Shown: piece by piece, positions 1-11,075 of the stretch | Numbering within the stretch: position 1 is the stretch's first letter | Layout: each line of letters begins with the position of its first letter | DNA from: Candidatus Zhuqueibacterota bacterium | Lineage (GTDB): Bacteria; Zhuqueibacterota; Zhuqueibacteria; Zhuqueibacterales; Geothermadaptataceae | DNA length: 64,000 bases | Assembly: GCA_015491485.1 (NCBI GenBank) | Contig: WFVT01000284.1 | Location: 243-64,242, forward strand | Direction: 5' to 3' | Notes under the pieces: model-generated | What the model was told of the DNA's origin: nothing | Database searches by the model: none | Seen by the model: only the letters and a program-made list of their open reading frames with translations | Program-made: the position numbers and the translations under genes

Positions 1-320
1 ATTGAGGAAAATGGCAATGGATTGTCAGGAAAAATCCCGGTTTGACGGCGGTTCGTCCGGCAGGGGTTGCGTTCATATGAATGGAGCATTACCATGTTCA
101 TAATCGGGCGCACCGGCACCGATCCGAAGCCAGTTCCGGGCGGCGCCAGGGCTTCCGCGGAAACGCCGGAAACAAAGCCGCCTTGCAAAAGATTGTCGCG
201 GCCGATCGGCCATTGCATCCCGGGCTTTCGGATGGGACCGGCATACGGGGCGCCATGCTGTTTTCGCCTGTACAGTTATCGCTGTTTCAAGCAATTCTCT
301 ACCAAAAATGGGAATACGTC

Positions 321-2651
321 ATGCTGAAATCCATGCTGATAGGTTGTCTGTGCTTCATTGGATTTTCCGCGACGGTGATCTCGGCAGAAGGAGGGGACGG
401 CAAAGGTTGGGTGGAATTTGAAATCCGGGAGCGCGAAAACCGCCGCCTCATACCGGGTAAACTGGTTTTCTTGCAATCCGGTCGTCGCATTGATCTTGGC
501 ATCGCATCCGAAGGCATGATTGCCAGTCGGCGCAATGTGGTTTATACGGCCAATGGACGGGGGCGGGTTCCGGTGCCCGCGGGCCGGTATGAAGTCTGGA
601 TTGGACGCGGAATCGAATACTCGGCGGTGGTGCTGCCCATTGAAGTGATCGCCGGCGATACGACGCGCCTTTCCGCGGAGCTGGTCCGGGAAGTGAAGAC
701 GCCCGGATTCGTCTGCGGCGATATGCATTTGCACACCCGGACGTTCTCCGGTAGCGGCGATGCGCGGGTGGATGAGCGCATCATTTCCTGCATCGGCGAG
801 GGGCTGGAGTGGGCGGTGGCAACCGATCACAATCATCACACGGATTATGATACGGTCAAACAAACCCTGGATATGGCGGCGCCGTTGGCAACCACTGTGG
901 GCAATGAAGTGAGCACGCCGATCGGGCATTTCAATGCGTATCCGCTGCCGCCCAGTCCCGCTCTGCTTCCTTACCAGTTAAAAGATGCGAGAAAGCTGTT
1001 CAAACTGATTCGTGAAATGGCGCAGGACGCGGTGATCCAGGTGAACCATCCCCGATGGCCCGGAGCTGCCTATTTTTCCGAATTCCACCTCGACCCCAAT
1101 TTTGCCACCACGCATCACCCGCAGTGGAGCTGGGATTTTGATGCATTTGAAATTCTCAATGAAAACCGGGGACTGGGTTGGTATGCCGAACCGGACAATC
1201 CCATATCCGTGCGCCAGGACTGGTTTAATATGTTAAACAAAGGACAGCGATTTACCGGCGTGGGCAATTCGGACAGCCACGATGTGGAAAAGCTGCTTGC
1301 CGGCATGCCGCGCAATTACATCGCCAGCTCTACGGATGATCCCGCCGCGATCCGTGAAGCGGAGCTGGTGGAGAACATCAAGCGCCACCGGGTATCGGTG
1401 AGCCGGGGGCCGTATATTGAATTTACCGCCAATGATGGCGTCCCCATCGGCGGTGAGACTCGTACGGTAGATGGCAAAGTGCGATTGCATATCCGGGTGC
1501 AGGCGGCACACTGGATCCGCTGCGATACCGTGCGCATCATCGGCAACGGCGAAGTGGTGCAGACCATACTACTCCAGGATCAATCCGGAACCGTTCGCTT
1601 TGAAGGCACAGTGACGTTGCAACCCAAAATGGATACCTGGTACATTGTCGAGGCCACCGGCTCAGAGTCTATGGCGCCGCTGGTGCCAGATGCGCCGGTG
1701 CCCATCATGCCGCTGGCGTTCACCAATCCCATCTGGGTGGATGCCGACGGCGATGGCCGTTTTACGGCTTTGCGCGAGTACGCCGCTGAAATCATCCAGA
1801 GGTTACGCAATCAACCCGGAAAGCTCATCGAGCGTCTTGCCGGACATCCGCAAATGCTCAAGCAGGCGGTCGCCGTTTTAGCGGAGACGGCATTCCCCCG
1901 CCGTGCAGAAGTTTTGGCCGGATTGCTTCCTCATGCCGATCTGGATTTGCGGCTGTCCATGTATCCGCTGCTGTCCCATGCCGATGCGCCGGAGGCGGAT
2001 GTGGCATTACAGCAGGCGGCTGAGCGCGCCGAAAGCGCAATCGAAAAATTGGTGATCGGGTTGGCGCGATTCGAGCGCGGAGACAGTCGTGCATGGGATA
2101 CGGTGGTCGCCAATGTCCCCCTCGTGAAGGATGAGCGCTATCTGCAGGAAGCGTTCCGCTCCGTGACAGCCCGGCCCGTATCGCTGAAATGGCAGGTGAT
2201 CGGTCCGTTTGCGGTAAACGGCGATCACGGCCTGGATGAGCGGTTTGCCCCCGAACAGAAACCGAATGCACCGGCGGCGCCGGCTACACAAAACGGCCGA
2301 CGCATGGAATGGCAAACCGTGGAGATCCCCAAGGACGGTACGGTGAATCTGGAAGCGTTGTTGGGCCGCCATGAGCGGGTGGTGGCCTATGCGTTTGCCG
2401 AATTCGCAGCGCAGCGAAACGGCAAGGTGATTTTCCGCGCCGGCAGCGACGACGGCATCGCGGTATGGATCAACGGTCAGCGCGTCCATTATCATCACGT
2501 ACATCGGGGACTTTCCCCCGGAGATGATACATTTGTGGCGCCTGTAAAAAAGGGGCGCAATGCCGTGCTGGTCAAAGTAGAGAACGGCGGCGGACGGTGG
2601 GGATTTCTTCTGCAAGCCGTGGACCCCATCGGGATTTTGGCCGGACAATGA
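321..2651 (+). CDS. Secreted PHP-domain (CehA/McbA-like) metallohydrolase with extra N- and C-terminal beta-rich regions
   Basis: ORF 81..2651. Start placed at ATG 321 because MLKSMLIGCLCFIGFSATVISAEG looks like a signal peptide. PHP-type metal motifs GDMHLHT, ATDHNHH, VNHPRW, GNSDSHD. Confidence 0.7.
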   Translation: MLKSMLIGCLCFIGFSATVISAEGGDGKGWVEFEIRERENRRLIPGKLVFLQSGRRIDLGIASEGMIASRRNVVYTANGRGRVPVPAGRYEVWIGRGIEYSAVVLPIEVIAGDTTRLSAELVREVKTPGFVCGDMHLHTRTFSGSGDARVDERIISCIGEGLEWAVATDHNHHTDYDTVKQTLDMAAPLATTVGNEVSTPIGHFNAYPLPPSPALLPYQLKDARKLFKLIREMAQDAVIQVNHPRWPGAAYFSEFHLDPNFATTHHPQWSWDFDAFEILNENRGLGWYAEPDNPISVRQDWFNMLNKGQRFTGVGNSDSHDVEKLLAGMPRNYIASSTDDPAAIREAELVENIKRHRVSVSRGPYIEFTANDGVPIGGETRTVDGKVRLHIRVQAAHWIRCDTVRIIGNGEVVQTILLQDQSGTVRFEGTVTLQPKMDTWYIVEATGSESMAPLVPDAPVPIMPLAFTNPIWVDADGDGRFTALREYAAEIIQRLRNQPGKLIERLAGHPQMLKQAVAVLAETAFPRRAEVLAGLLPHADLDLRLSMYPLLSHADAPEADVALQQAAERAESAIEKLVIGLARFERGDSRAWDTVVANVPLVKDERYLQEAFRSVTARPVSLKWQVIGPFAVNGDHGLDERFAPEQKPNAPAAPATQNGRRMEWQTVEIPKDGTVNLEALLGRHERVVAYAFAEFAAQRNGKVIFRAGSDDGIAVWINGQRVHYHHVHRGLSPGDDTFVAPVKKGRNAVLVKVENGGGRWGFLLQAVDPIGILAGQ

Positions 2652-2925
2652 TGAACACGCGGATTGGGAAACGCTTCGCAGGGGCGGTAGGTAGAACATC
2701 GTAAGCCTTGCCCTGGCGAGAGCCGTACAATGACGCTTTTCATGATATTGGATGTGAATTTACGGAGCGGCGCTCGCGCCCGCCGACAATAAGATCAAAG
2801 GCGTCACAGGCAAACGGTTTTCTTGCCCTTTTTGCATTCAATTTCCTGCAAAGCCACTCATTCTGACGGTTCCCCGCCATGAGCATATTTCCCAAAACGG
2901 TTGGTCTTCACGAAAGTTTTTCTGG

Positions 2926-3711
2926 TTATCGCGGCGATAAGCACGAAGCCACCTCGATGCCCAGGGCGATTGTGAGATTAAACACTTGAGAAAACTGATC
3001 CATAAAATCAGGAAATTCATCCACAAAATGTCGCCACAATGCCCAATTTTGTGGATCGGTCAACCAGTGCAGCCAATCGTAATAGACGACCTGAAGCTTA
3101 AAGGCGTTGGCTGAAGAAGAAGGCTCCAACAAGCGCCAGAAGCGCGCGACCGCATCCCCTTCCGCGCTGGTTTTGCGCCGTTCGAGCAGCTCACCCACCT
3201 CGCGTGATGATTTAAATGAAAGGAATTCGGCAAGCGTACCGGGAATTAGCGAATGCAAAAAATCGGTCATGGCGTAATCAGCAAGCCGGATGTTGAATTT
3301 GAGATCGGAATTGGATAGCGCAGAGCGAGCCCGGCATGACCAGACCAGCCCTTCGGCGGGAACGATTTCAGAAACGGCATTGGCCGGAAAAATCAGCGGA
3401 GTGCAATACAGATTTGCCAGAAACACCTGTGAAAGCCACCCCGATGAGGCGGTCTGGAGCTGTTCCGTCAGCGAAGTCAGCGGCGCCGGTAACGCGAGGA
3501 ACACAAACGGCGGTTTTTGTAACCGTTTCCAGAACGGCGCAAGTGTGGGATCGCCGGATTCCCCGGCCTCTGAACCGGCGTACCAGCAACCGATGTGGCG
3601 GTTGCGAAAGCGCATCCCGAGCCATTTAATCAGCGGTTCCGGGTCGGTCGTCCCGGGTAGAACCAGAATGCCCTTCAGATTTTTTACGCGGTACAGAAAT
3701 TCGTGCATCAT
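2926..3711 (-). CDS. Hypothetical protein, downstream partner of the Clp1-like kinase
   Basis: 261-aa ORF with protein-like composition and no motif I recognise. Start ambiguous: ATG 3711 overlaps the kinase ORF by 86 nt; the alternative Met33 at 3615 gives no overlap. Confidence 0.5.
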   Translation of the reverse strand: MMHEFLYRVKNLKGILVLPGTTDPEPLIKWLGMRFRNRHIGCWYAGSEAGESGDPTLAPFWKRLQKPPFVFLALPAPLTSLTEQLQTASSGWLSQVFLANLYCTPLIFPANAVSEIVPAEGLVWSCRARSALSNSDLKFNIRLADYAMTDFLHSLIPGTLAEFLSFKSSREVGELLERRKTSAEGDAVARFWRLLEPSSSANAFKLQVVYYDWLHWLTDPQNWALWRHFVDEFPDFMDQFSQVFNLTIALGIEVASCLSPR

Positions 3712-4699
3712 GGCTCTTTTGTACCTGCTTCGATTGGGCCTCGGATCGCACCGGCGCTTTTTCGATCTCGCCGGCGCTGACCGCCCGATGATCCGAACGG
3801 CTGCGTTCGGGAGCGGGAAACGTCCGGCGGCCCATCAGTTGAACGCCGGAGATATCCAGATGGATCGATCCGAAATGTACCGCAGCGGTTTTTTGGACCG
3901 GAAAAGGCGGAGCCCAAAATTGGATTTCGGTAGGCGGCCAATTGATGGTCTGAACAATGCCGAGGGCCAATAGAAAATGCTCCCGATCACACAAACCAAT
4001 GAGCTGGTTGCGGCTGTGCATTGGACCGGCCGCGGGAATTCGGCCATACAGTGCCAGATGCCGGGTTTGCAAGCGGTATGACCGGGCGTCGGAAAAATAG
4101 TCGCGGAACCGCTGTTCACGATAGTTGCGGCGCTGCGGTTGCATCCTCGGCGTTATCTCATCCGAGACCGGCAAGCGGTGAACATGCATGTGTGGATGTC
4201 GGTCGAAATGCGCTAAAATGCTTTCCAGTTCCGTACCCCGCTGCAGTGCCACAATATGCGCCGGATGCAGCAAGTCCAGCAGGTGGATTTGGAACTCCTG
4301 CGCCGCACGTCCCAAACAGAAACCGGAAGAATCGAAAAGCATGAAATCGGACTGGAATTGCAGCGCTTTGTCCGCCAACCGTTTGATGCCGGTTTGCATC
4401 GGCAGCAGATGACCTAACGGCGTGGTGGAACCAATGGAGCGGAGCAGGGGATGGCGCAGCATAGGCCGGTGGTGATGAAACAACTGCATGCCAAGGGTCG
4501 TTGGCGGCCCAATGGACGACTGCCCCGGATCGCAATCGATGTACGCCACCGTGCCGTGCTCCTGCAGTTGATCTCGCAGGAAACGGCACAGGGTGGATTT
4601 TCCGGTATCCATGGCGCCGAAAATATACACCGTGGCGGGCCGGCGGGCCTGTAAAATCGTGTGCAACAGCTTGTGCCAGCGATCCGATGTCGTGCTCAT
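3626..4699 (-). CDS. Clp1/Grc3-family P-loop polynucleotide 5'-kinase-like protein
   Basis: Walker A FGAMDTGKST followed by IDCDPGQSSIGPPTT, GSTTPLGH and RRNYREQRFRDYF, in the order typical of the Clp1 P-loop domain. The last ~65 aa are charged and low-complexity. Confidence 0.65.
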   Translation of the reverse strand: MSTTSDRWHKLLHTILQARRPATVYIFGAMDTGKSTLCRFLRDQLQEHGTVAYIDCDPGQSSIGPPTTLGMQLFHHHRPMLRHPLLRSIGSTTPLGHLLPMQTGIKRLADKALQFQSDFMLFDSSGFCLGRAAQEFQIHLLDLLHPAHIVALQRGTELESILAHFDRHPHMHVHRLPVSDEITPRMQPQRRNYREQRFRDYFSDARSYRLQTRHLALYGRIPAAGPMHSRNQLIGLCDREHFLLALGIVQTINWPPTEIQFWAPPFPVQKTAAVHFGSIHLDISGVQLMGRRTFPAPERSRSDHRAVSAGEIEKAPVRSEAQSKQVQKSHDARISVPRKKSEGHSGSTRDDRPGTAD

Positions 4700-5074
4700 A
4701 GTGCACCAAAACGCTCAGGGTGATATCTGCCGTGATCTGAAATGCAAATTCTTTCCATAAAATAACCTATATCCAGGCCGACCTGCATGTTTTGGCCCAC
4801 GAAAAATCGTGACCTTGTGGTTGCGTGAAACGGGCTTCTTCAGCATCCGGGTGGTATCCAGAGCTACACAGGCTATCGTTCCGCTTTGATGGTGCATGAT
4901 AAAGTCGGGCGGTGCATGAACCGGTAACAAAGATTTGATTTGCGTTTTTGCGAAAAAAATTTTAGAATGCAGCCGCATTCCGAGGATTGCCTGATAATAT
5001 ACACGTTTGCGGAGCCAATAGCTACTGTTTCATAACGTTCGACGCCTACAATCCACACCGTGTCAGAGGAGCTT

Positions 5075-5626
5075 ATGGCCAGAGAGATGGTGGTGCTGGT
5101 CGATGAAAACGATCGGCAAATCGGTGTTTCTGAAAAAATGCATGCGCATCATCAGGGATTGCTGCACCGCGCCTTTTCCATTTTCCTGTTTAACCGCAAT
5201 GGTGATATGCTGCTGCAAAAACGTGCGCTGCATAAATATCATTCCGGCGGATTGTGGTCTAACGCCTGCTGCAGCCATCCGCGTCCGGGCGAAAGTTTGC
5301 TGCAAGCGGTGCATCGACGTTTGCGGGAAGAGTTGGGCATGACCTGCCGTATCCGCAAAGCCTTTAATTTTATTTATAAAATCCAGTTGCGTTGCGGCCT
5401 GATCGAGCATGAATTGGACCACGTTTATTATGGCGTGTACAGCGGTCACATTCAACCCAATCCGGATGAGGTGGCGGATTACCGTTGGGTGAACATCGAG
5501 GCTTTGATGGATTCGCTGCGCCGGCAACCGGAAAAATATACGGAGTGGTTCAAAATTATTTTGCATGAACACGACCTCATCGGGCGATTGCAGGCTGCGT
5601 TCAGGCGGCACGGCGTGGCTTTATAA
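5075..5626 (+). CDS. idi: Isopentenyl-diphosphate delta-isomerase, type 1 (Nudix fold)
   Basis: LHRAFSIFLFN, LLQKRALHKYHSGGLWSNACCSHP and RRLREELG are typical type-1 IDI/Nudix motifs. ATG 5075 is preferred over GTG 5060 because AGAGGA lies just upstream. Confidence 0.85.
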   Translation: MAREMVVLVDENDRQIGVSEKMHAHHQGLLHRAFSIFLFNRNGDMLLQKRALHKYHSGGLWSNACCSHPRPGESLLQAVHRRLREELGMTCRIRKAFNFIYKIQLRCGLIEHELDHVYYGVYSGHIQPNPDEVADYRWVNIEALMDSLRRQPEKYTEWFKIILHEHDLIGRLQAAFRRHGVAL

Positions 5627-5644
5627 TATGGAATGATTCAGAAA

Positions 5645-5672
5645 GATCGGCATTCCGGACGCCGGTCTTTTT
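5645..5672 (+). terminator. Rho-independent terminator after idi
   Basis: Stem GATCGGC / GCCGGTC (7 bp, one G-U), 9-nt loop, then TTTTT. Confidence 0.55.
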
Positions 5673-5976
5673 CAGAAATATTGCTAAAATTTAAAATTTC
5701 ATAAGAACAATATTATTTAAGTATTAAAATAAATTGTTGCTGTTGAAAAAATTTTTCTTGCGCATTGATGAGTTGGAATATATATTTGTGCCTTGTGCCC
5801 ATTCCCCTCTATTCGCAATGGCGGAGGCATAACACTGGCGGAATCACATCGTACTCCTATGCCTTGCCTGGTTAATTAATTTCCTGATTCATTAATAAGA
5901 CAACATTACCTTCATATAGTTTCTGCTAATGGGATTTTTGTATTTAGCGTGAACCAAACCATAAGGAAGGCATCCG

Positions 5977-6624
5977 TTGGCGCAAATTTTTCCTAAGTGG
6001 ACGAATCGGCTTCCGCTCATCATGGCATTGGGCGGTTTGCTTGTGGTTGGAGGCGGTGTCGGTTTCTTTTGGTATTATGGCTCACCCAAATATCTGGAGG
6101 TGGGTTACCGTCCGGAGCAGCCGGTGCCTTACAGCCACAAGTTGCACGCAGGTGATTTGGGAATTGATTGTCGTTACTGTCACAACTTTGCTGAGGTTTC
6201 GCATGAAGCCAATGTTCCTCCCGTGCAGACCTGCATGAATTGCCACACCTTAATCAAACCCAACAGTGAAAAATTGGCCGCTGTTCAAGAGAGTTGGGCA
6301 ACAGGGCGCCCGTTGCAATGGATTCGTGTGCACAAGCTCCCCGAGTATGCGTATTTTGATCACAGCGCACATTTGCGCGCCGGGGTGGGGTGTGCCAGTT
6401 GCCATGGCAACGTGGCGGAAATGGAAAAAGTCACCAAAGTCGAGCCCATGAGTATGGGCTGGTGTCTTGACTGTCACCGAGACCCGGATATGCACCTTCG
6501 TCCTCTGGATCAAATCACAAACATGAAGTGGGTGCCGCCGCCGAATCAATTGGAGTTTGCGGCTAAAGTGAAGAAGGAACGAAACATTCTGCCACCGGAG
6601 AACTGTTCAGCATGTCATCGATAG
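5977..6624 (+). CDS. actA: Alternative complex III subunit ActA, pentahaem cytochrome c
   Basis: N-terminal TM helix and five CxxCH motifs (CRYCH, CMNCH, CASCH, CLDCH, CSACH). TTG start 6 nt after AAGGAAGG. First gene of the act cluster. Confidence 0.85.
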   Translation: MAQIFPKWTNRLPLIMALGGLLVVGGGVGFFWYYGSPKYLEVGYRPEQPVPYSHKLHAGDLGIDCRYCHNFAEVSHEANVPPVQTCMNCHTLIKPNSEKLAAVQESWATGRPLQWIRVHKLPEYAYFDHSAHLRAGVGCASCHGNVAEMEKVTKVEPMSMGWCLDCHRDPDMHLRPLDQITNMKWVPPPNQLEFAAKVKKERNILPPENCSACHR

Positions 6625-9611
6625 AAAAAAAGATTCAAAAGAACTTGCAGGGCAAAGAGTACTGGCGCAGTCTGGAGGAGCTCGCGGAAACTCCGGAATT
6701 CAAAGAGTTTTTGCAGCGGGAGTTCCCAGAGGGCGCTTCGGAGCTGAGTGATGCAATGTCTCGGCGGCAATTCTTGACCTTGATGGGCGCTTCCATGGCC
6801 CTGGCCGGTTTGATGGGCTGCCGCCGCCCGGTTGAAAAGATCGTGCCTTATGTGAAGGCGCCGGAAAATGTCATTCCCGGGGTGCCCAAATATTACGCGA
6901 CCACCATGCCGTTGGGGTTGAATGCCACGGGTCTGCTGGTGGAAAGTCATGAAGGGCGTCCCACGAAAATTGAAGGTAACGAAAAGCATCCGGCATCTCT
7001 GGGCGCAGCCGGCGTGTTTCAGCAGGCTTCGATTTTAAATTTGTACGATCCTGACCGGTCGAAATTTGTGTTGCGACAGGGCGCACAGGCCCAGTGGGCC
7101 GATTTTGTCGCATACTGGCAGGAGCAGTTCAATCAGTTCTCGCAGAATCGCGGCGAAGGGCTGGTGGTGCTGTCCGAGGCGTTTTCGTCTCCGACGCTGG
7201 CACGGTTGCGTACGGAATTCCTGCGCCGGTTCCCGCGCGCTCGTTGGGTGGCATACGAACCGGTCAGCGATGAAAACATCATCGAAGGCGTTCGTGTGGC
7301 TACCGGCCGTGCTCAATTGCCGGTGTACCGCCTGGATCAGGCAGAGGTCATTCTGTCGCTGGATTCCGATTTCCTGACCATGGAAGGCGACAGTTTGGTC
7401 AACGCCCGCGGATTTGCAGACGGTCGCCGGGTGCAGGACGTAAATGATTCCATGAACCGGCTCTATGTGGTGGAATCGACTTATACGGCAACCGGCGCTG
7501 CTGCGGATCATCGGATGCCCTTGCAAGCCCGGCAGATCGGTGCTTTCACTGCCGCTCTTGCGCTGGCGCTGGAAAAACAGGGACTGCGCATTCGCGTTGC
7601 CGATGAATTGAGTCAGTACGCCAATCACTCGTTTGATCAAAAATGGATTAATGCCGTAGCCAAAGACCTGCTGCGGGCACGCGGCCGCAGCCTGGTTATG
7701 GCGGGTCGTCGGCAGCCGGCTTCGGTGCATGCGCTGGTATTTGCCATCAATAATGCCCTCGGCAACGTTGGCAAAACGGTGGCATACGTGGAGCCGGTGG
7801 ATAAACTGCTTCCCAACACGCAGGATTTGAGTGCTGTTGTGGAAGATATGAAAGCGGGCCGGGTAAAAACCCTGGTGATGTTCGGCGGCAATCCGGTTTA
7901 CAATGCGCCGGCGGACCTTGCTTTCGGAGCGGCGCTCAAGCGAGTGGAACAAACCATCCATTTCAGTACGCATGTGGATGAGACTTCCAGTCAGGTGGAA
8001 TGGCATGTGCCGCAAGCGCATTTTCTGGAGAGCTGGGGTGATGCGCGTGCACTTGATGGCACCATGAGCGTCATCCAGCCGCTCATTCAGCCGCTGTTCG
8101 GAGCAAAAAGTGACGTGGAGTTTGCAGCGCTTCTGGCGACCGGGCAGGATGTGCGTGGTTATGATGTGGTTCGTGAAACCTGGAAAGCCGCGCTGGGTAA
8201 CCGCAATTTCGAGCGCAAGTGGCGGCGGGTGTTGCATGATGGAATCGCCGAAAATACGCAATTGACTGCGCGGGCTCCACGGGAACGGAGCAATGAAATC
8301 GCCCGCTATTTGAACGCCAATCCGTTTGCCAGAGATGCGGCGGATAAGGATAAACTGGAAATCGTGTTTGTGGCCTCGTCTGCGGTATTTGATGGCCGAT
8401 ATGCCAATAACGGCTGGCTGCAGGAGCTGCCCGATCCCACAACGAAGCTGACCTGGGATAACGCTTTGCTGGTGAGCCCCAAGACCGCCAAAGAGCTCAA
8501 TCTGGCTTCCAATGAACTGGTACTGGCGGAGGTCGAGGGGCGCCGGATGAAATTGCCGGTGTTCGTCATGCCCGGTCAGCCCGACTATTCCGTGGCGGTG
8601 GCGCTGGGTTACGGCCGCACCCACGCGGGCCGGGTCGGCAACGGTGTGGGATTCAACACCTACCGGTTGCGTTCTTCAGGCAGTCCGGATTTTGCCCTGG
8701 GTGTCAATTTGGTTCGCACCGGCGAACGCTATGTGCTTGCCTCTACCCAGGACCACTGGAGCATGGAAGGCCGGCCGATTGTTCGCGATGCGGATCTCGA
8801 TTATTACCGGCAGCATCCGGAGTTCGCCCGCGAAATGGTCGAGCATCCGCCGCTGACCTCCCTGTGGAAAGAACATACCTATGATACCGGCTATCAATGG
8901 GGCATGACGGTCGATCTGAATGTGTGCATCGGCTGCAATGCCTGCGTTACCGCCTGCCAGAGCGAGAACAACATCCCGATTGTGGGGAAAGAGCAGGTCT
9001 GGCGCGGGCGCGAAATGCACTGGATGCGCATCGATCGGTATTTCCAGGGCGGTGAACTGGATTCGCCGGCCATGGTATATCAGCCGATGATGTGTCAGCA
9101 TTGCGAAATGGCGCCGTGCGAGCAGGTGTGTCCGGTGGCAGCAACCGTGCATGATGAGGAAGGGCTGAACGTGATGGTTTACAACCGCTGCATCGGAACC
9201 CGTTACTGTTCCAACAACTGCCCGTACAAAGTGCGGCGTTTCAACTTCTTCAATTACACCAATGAAACGCCGGAAATTGTGAAGATGGCGATGAATCCGG
9301 ATGTGACGGTGCGTTTCCGGGGTGTGATGGAAAAATGCACCTTCTGTCTGCAGCGGATTAATGAAGTGAAGATTCGGGCGAAAAATGAAGGGCGTGAAGT
9401 TCGTGACGGCGAAATTCGTACCGCGTGTCAGCAAACCTGCCCGACCAACGCCATCGTCTTTGGCAATATCAATGATCCTGAGAGTGAAGTCTCGAAAATC
9501 AAACAGCAGAACCGCAATTATGAGGTTCTGTCTGAACTGAATACCAGGCCGAGAACTTCATATCTGGCAAAGCTCCGCAATCCCAATCCGGAGCTGGTGG
9601 CAGAAAGTTGA
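6612..9611 (+). CDS. actB: Alternative complex III subunit ActB (fused molybdopterin-oxidoreductase-like and 4Fe-4S ferredoxin modules)
   Basis: 999 aa. Tat-type signal [22 protein letters not shown]-terminal Cys clusters [41 protein letters not shown]...CQQTCP. Confidence 0.9.
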   Translation: MSSIEKKIQKNLQGKEYWRSLEELAETPEFKEFLQREFPEGASELSDAMSRRQFLTLMGASMALAGLMGCRRPVEKIVPYVKAPENVIPGVPKYYATTMPLGLNATGLLVESHEGRPTKIEGNEKHPASLGAAGVFQQASILNLYDPDRSKFVLRQGAQAQWADFVAYWQEQFNQFSQNRGEGLVVLSEAFSSPTLARLRTEFLRRFPRARWVAYEPVSDENIIEGVRVATGRAQLPVYRLDQAEVILSLDSDFLTMEGDSLVNARGFADGRRVQDVNDSMNRLYVVESTYTATGAAADHRMPLQARQIGAFTAALALALEKQGLRIRVADELSQYANHSFDQKWINAVAKDLLRARGRSLVMAGRRQPASVHALVFAINNALGNVGKTVAYVEPVDKLLPNTQDLSAVVEDMKAGRVKTLVMFGGNPVYNAPADLAFGAALKRVEQTIHFSTHVDETSSQVEWHVPQAHFLESWGDARALDGTMSVIQPLIQPLFGAKSDVEFAALLATGQDVRGYDVVRETWKAALGNRNFERKWRRVLHDGIAENTQLTARAPRERSNEIARYLNANPFARDAADKDKLEIVFVASSAVFDGRYANNGWLQELPDPTTKLTWDNALLVSPKTAKELNLASNELVLAEVEGRRMKLPVFVMPGQPDYSVAVALGYGRTHAGRVGNGVGFNTYRLRSSGSPDFALGVNLVRTGERYVLASTQDHWSMEGRPIVRDADLDYYRQHPEFAREMVEHPPLTSLWKEHTYDTGYQWGMTVDLNVCIGCNACVTACQSENNIPIVGKEQVWRGREMHWMRIDRYFQGGELDSPAMVYQPMMCQHCEMAPCEQVCPVAATVHDEEGLNVMVYNRCIGTRYCSNNCPYKVRRFNFFNYTNETPEIVKMAMNPDVTVRFRGVMEKCTFCLQRINEVKIRAKNEGREVRDGEIRTACQQTCPTNAIVFGNINDPESEVSKIKQQNRNYEVLSELNTRPRTSYLAKLRNPNPELVAES

Positions 9612-9650
9612 AATGGGAAATCGTAAACTCAAACATGGAAAAAGAAGATC

Positions 9651-11060
9651 GTGAAAGCAAGCGCTGAAACCACTGCACTTCAAGTTGATGACGGCCAGTT
9701 GATCCAGGGAAATCCGACGTTTCATACCGTGTCGGAGTCCATCAGCCGAATTGTCGAGGTAAAGACCACCAAGGCGTGGTATGTGCTGTTCGGCTTCTTC
9801 AGCTCCCTGGCGCTGATGTTCGTGGTGATGATCGGCTATCTGTTTTGGGAAGGTACCGGAATCTGGGGCTTGCAGATACCGGTGGCCTGGGGCTGGGCGA
9901 TTGTCAACTTCGTGTTCTGGGTCGGTATCGGTCACGCCGGCACCCTGATTTCGGCGATTTTATTTCTGTTGCGCCAGCCCTGGCGAACCTCCATTAACCG
10001 CTTCGCCGAAGCGATGACGATTTTTGCCGTGATCTGCGCCGGAACATTTCCGGGCATTCACGTCGGTCGCGTCTGGGTGGCGTACTATATGTTCCCGCTG
10101 CCCAATCAAATGAGCATGTGGCCCAACTTCCGGAGTCCGCTGCTGTGGGACGTGTTTGCCGTGGGTACCTACTTTACCGTTTCGCTGCTGTTCTGGTACA
10201 CCGGATTGATCCCGGATCTGGCCACTTTGCGTGACCGCGCCAAAAGCAAAATCCGGAAAGCCGTGTACGGCGCTTTCGCTCTGGGATGGCGAGGCAGTCA
10301 TCGCAACTGGCAGCATTACGAATTGGCCTATTTATTACTTGCCGGCCTGGCCACGCCGCTGGTGCTTTCCGTGCATAGCGTGGTGAGTTTTGACTTTGCC
10401 GTAAGTAACCTGCCCGGATGGCATACCACGATATTCCCGCCGTACTTCGTCGCTGGTGCGATCTTCTCCGGTTTCGCCATGGTGATGACCCTGGCGCTGA
10501 TCGCGCGCAAGGTGTATAATGTTGAAAACTTCATCACCATGCGGCACCTGGAAAACATGAATAAAATTATCCTGGTCACCAGCTTGATGGTGGGATACGC
10601 TTACAGTATCGAGCTATTCATCGCCTGGTACAGCGGCAACCCCTTTGAGCGGTTTGCCTTCTGGAACCGCGCCACCGGGCCCTATGCCTGGGCGTATTGG
10701 ACGATGGTGTTCTGCAATGTCGTGGTACCCCAGGTGTTCTGGTCCCGGCGCATGCGCCGAAATATCCCGGTGATGTTTGTGGTCTCTATTTTGGTGAATA
10801 TCGGAATGTGGTTTGAGCGTTTCGTGATCGTCGTGAGTACCCTGGCAAACGACTTTTTGCCTTCCAGTTGGCATTACTTCAAACCCACCATCTTTGATGT
10901 TGGTATGCTCATCGGATCGTTTGGCCTGTTTTTCACGCTGTTCCTTTTGTTCTTGCGCTTCCTGCCCATGATCGCCATGGCGGAAGTGAAAGCCGTGTTG
11001 CCGCAGGCCGATCCGCACTATTATGAACACCATGGAAACGGAAAAGAAGCATCGGTTTAA
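9651..11060 (+). CDS. actC: Alternative complex III subunit ActC (NrfD/PsrC-like polytopic membrane subunit)
   Basis: 469-aa multi-TM protein directly after actB. GTG start. NrfD-like hydrophobic pattern. Confidence 0.85.
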   Translation: MKASAETTALQVDDGQLIQGNPTFHTVSESISRIVEVKTTKAWYVLFGFFSSLALMFVVMIGYLFWEGTGIWGLQIPVAWGWAIVNFVFWVGIGHAGTLISAILFLLRQPWRTSINRFAEAMTIFAVICAGTFPGIHVGRVWVAYYMFPLPNQMSMWPNFRSPLLWDVFAVGTYFTVSLLFWYTGLIPDLATLRDRAKSKIRKAVYGAFALGWRGSHRNWQHYELAYLLLAGLATPLVLSVHSVVSFDFAVSNLPGWHTTIFPPYFVAGAIFSGFAMVMTLALIARKVYNVENFITMRHLENMNKIILVTSLMVGYAYSIELFIAWYSGNPFERFAFWNRATGPYAWAYWTMVFCNVVVPQVFWSRRMRRNIPVMFVVSILVNIGMWFERFVIVVSTLANDFLPSSWHYFKPTIFDVGMLIGSFGLFFTLFLLFLRFLPMIAMAEVKAVLPQADPHYYEHHGNGKEASV

Positions 11061-11075
11061 GTTTGGGAGCCATGC

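Noticed and set aside
81-320. N-terminal extension of the first ORF (start at 81)
   Set aside because: The extension is Arg/His/Gly-rich and precedes a clean signal peptide that begins at Met 321.
3626-3830. Possible frameshift fusing the Clp1-like kinase to the downstream 261-aa ORF
   Set aside because: Translating upstream of ATG 3711 in the partner's frame gives an Arg-rich non-protein-like string (…GRSAPARSKKRRCDPRPNRSRYKRA), so there is no evidence for a continuous fused frame.
7035-8624. 529-aa ORF antisense to actB
   Set aside because: It lies entirely inside the well-supported actB frame. Its Arg/His/Gly/Pro-rich composition is typical of antisense frames in GC-rich coding DNA, and it has no motif or RBS.
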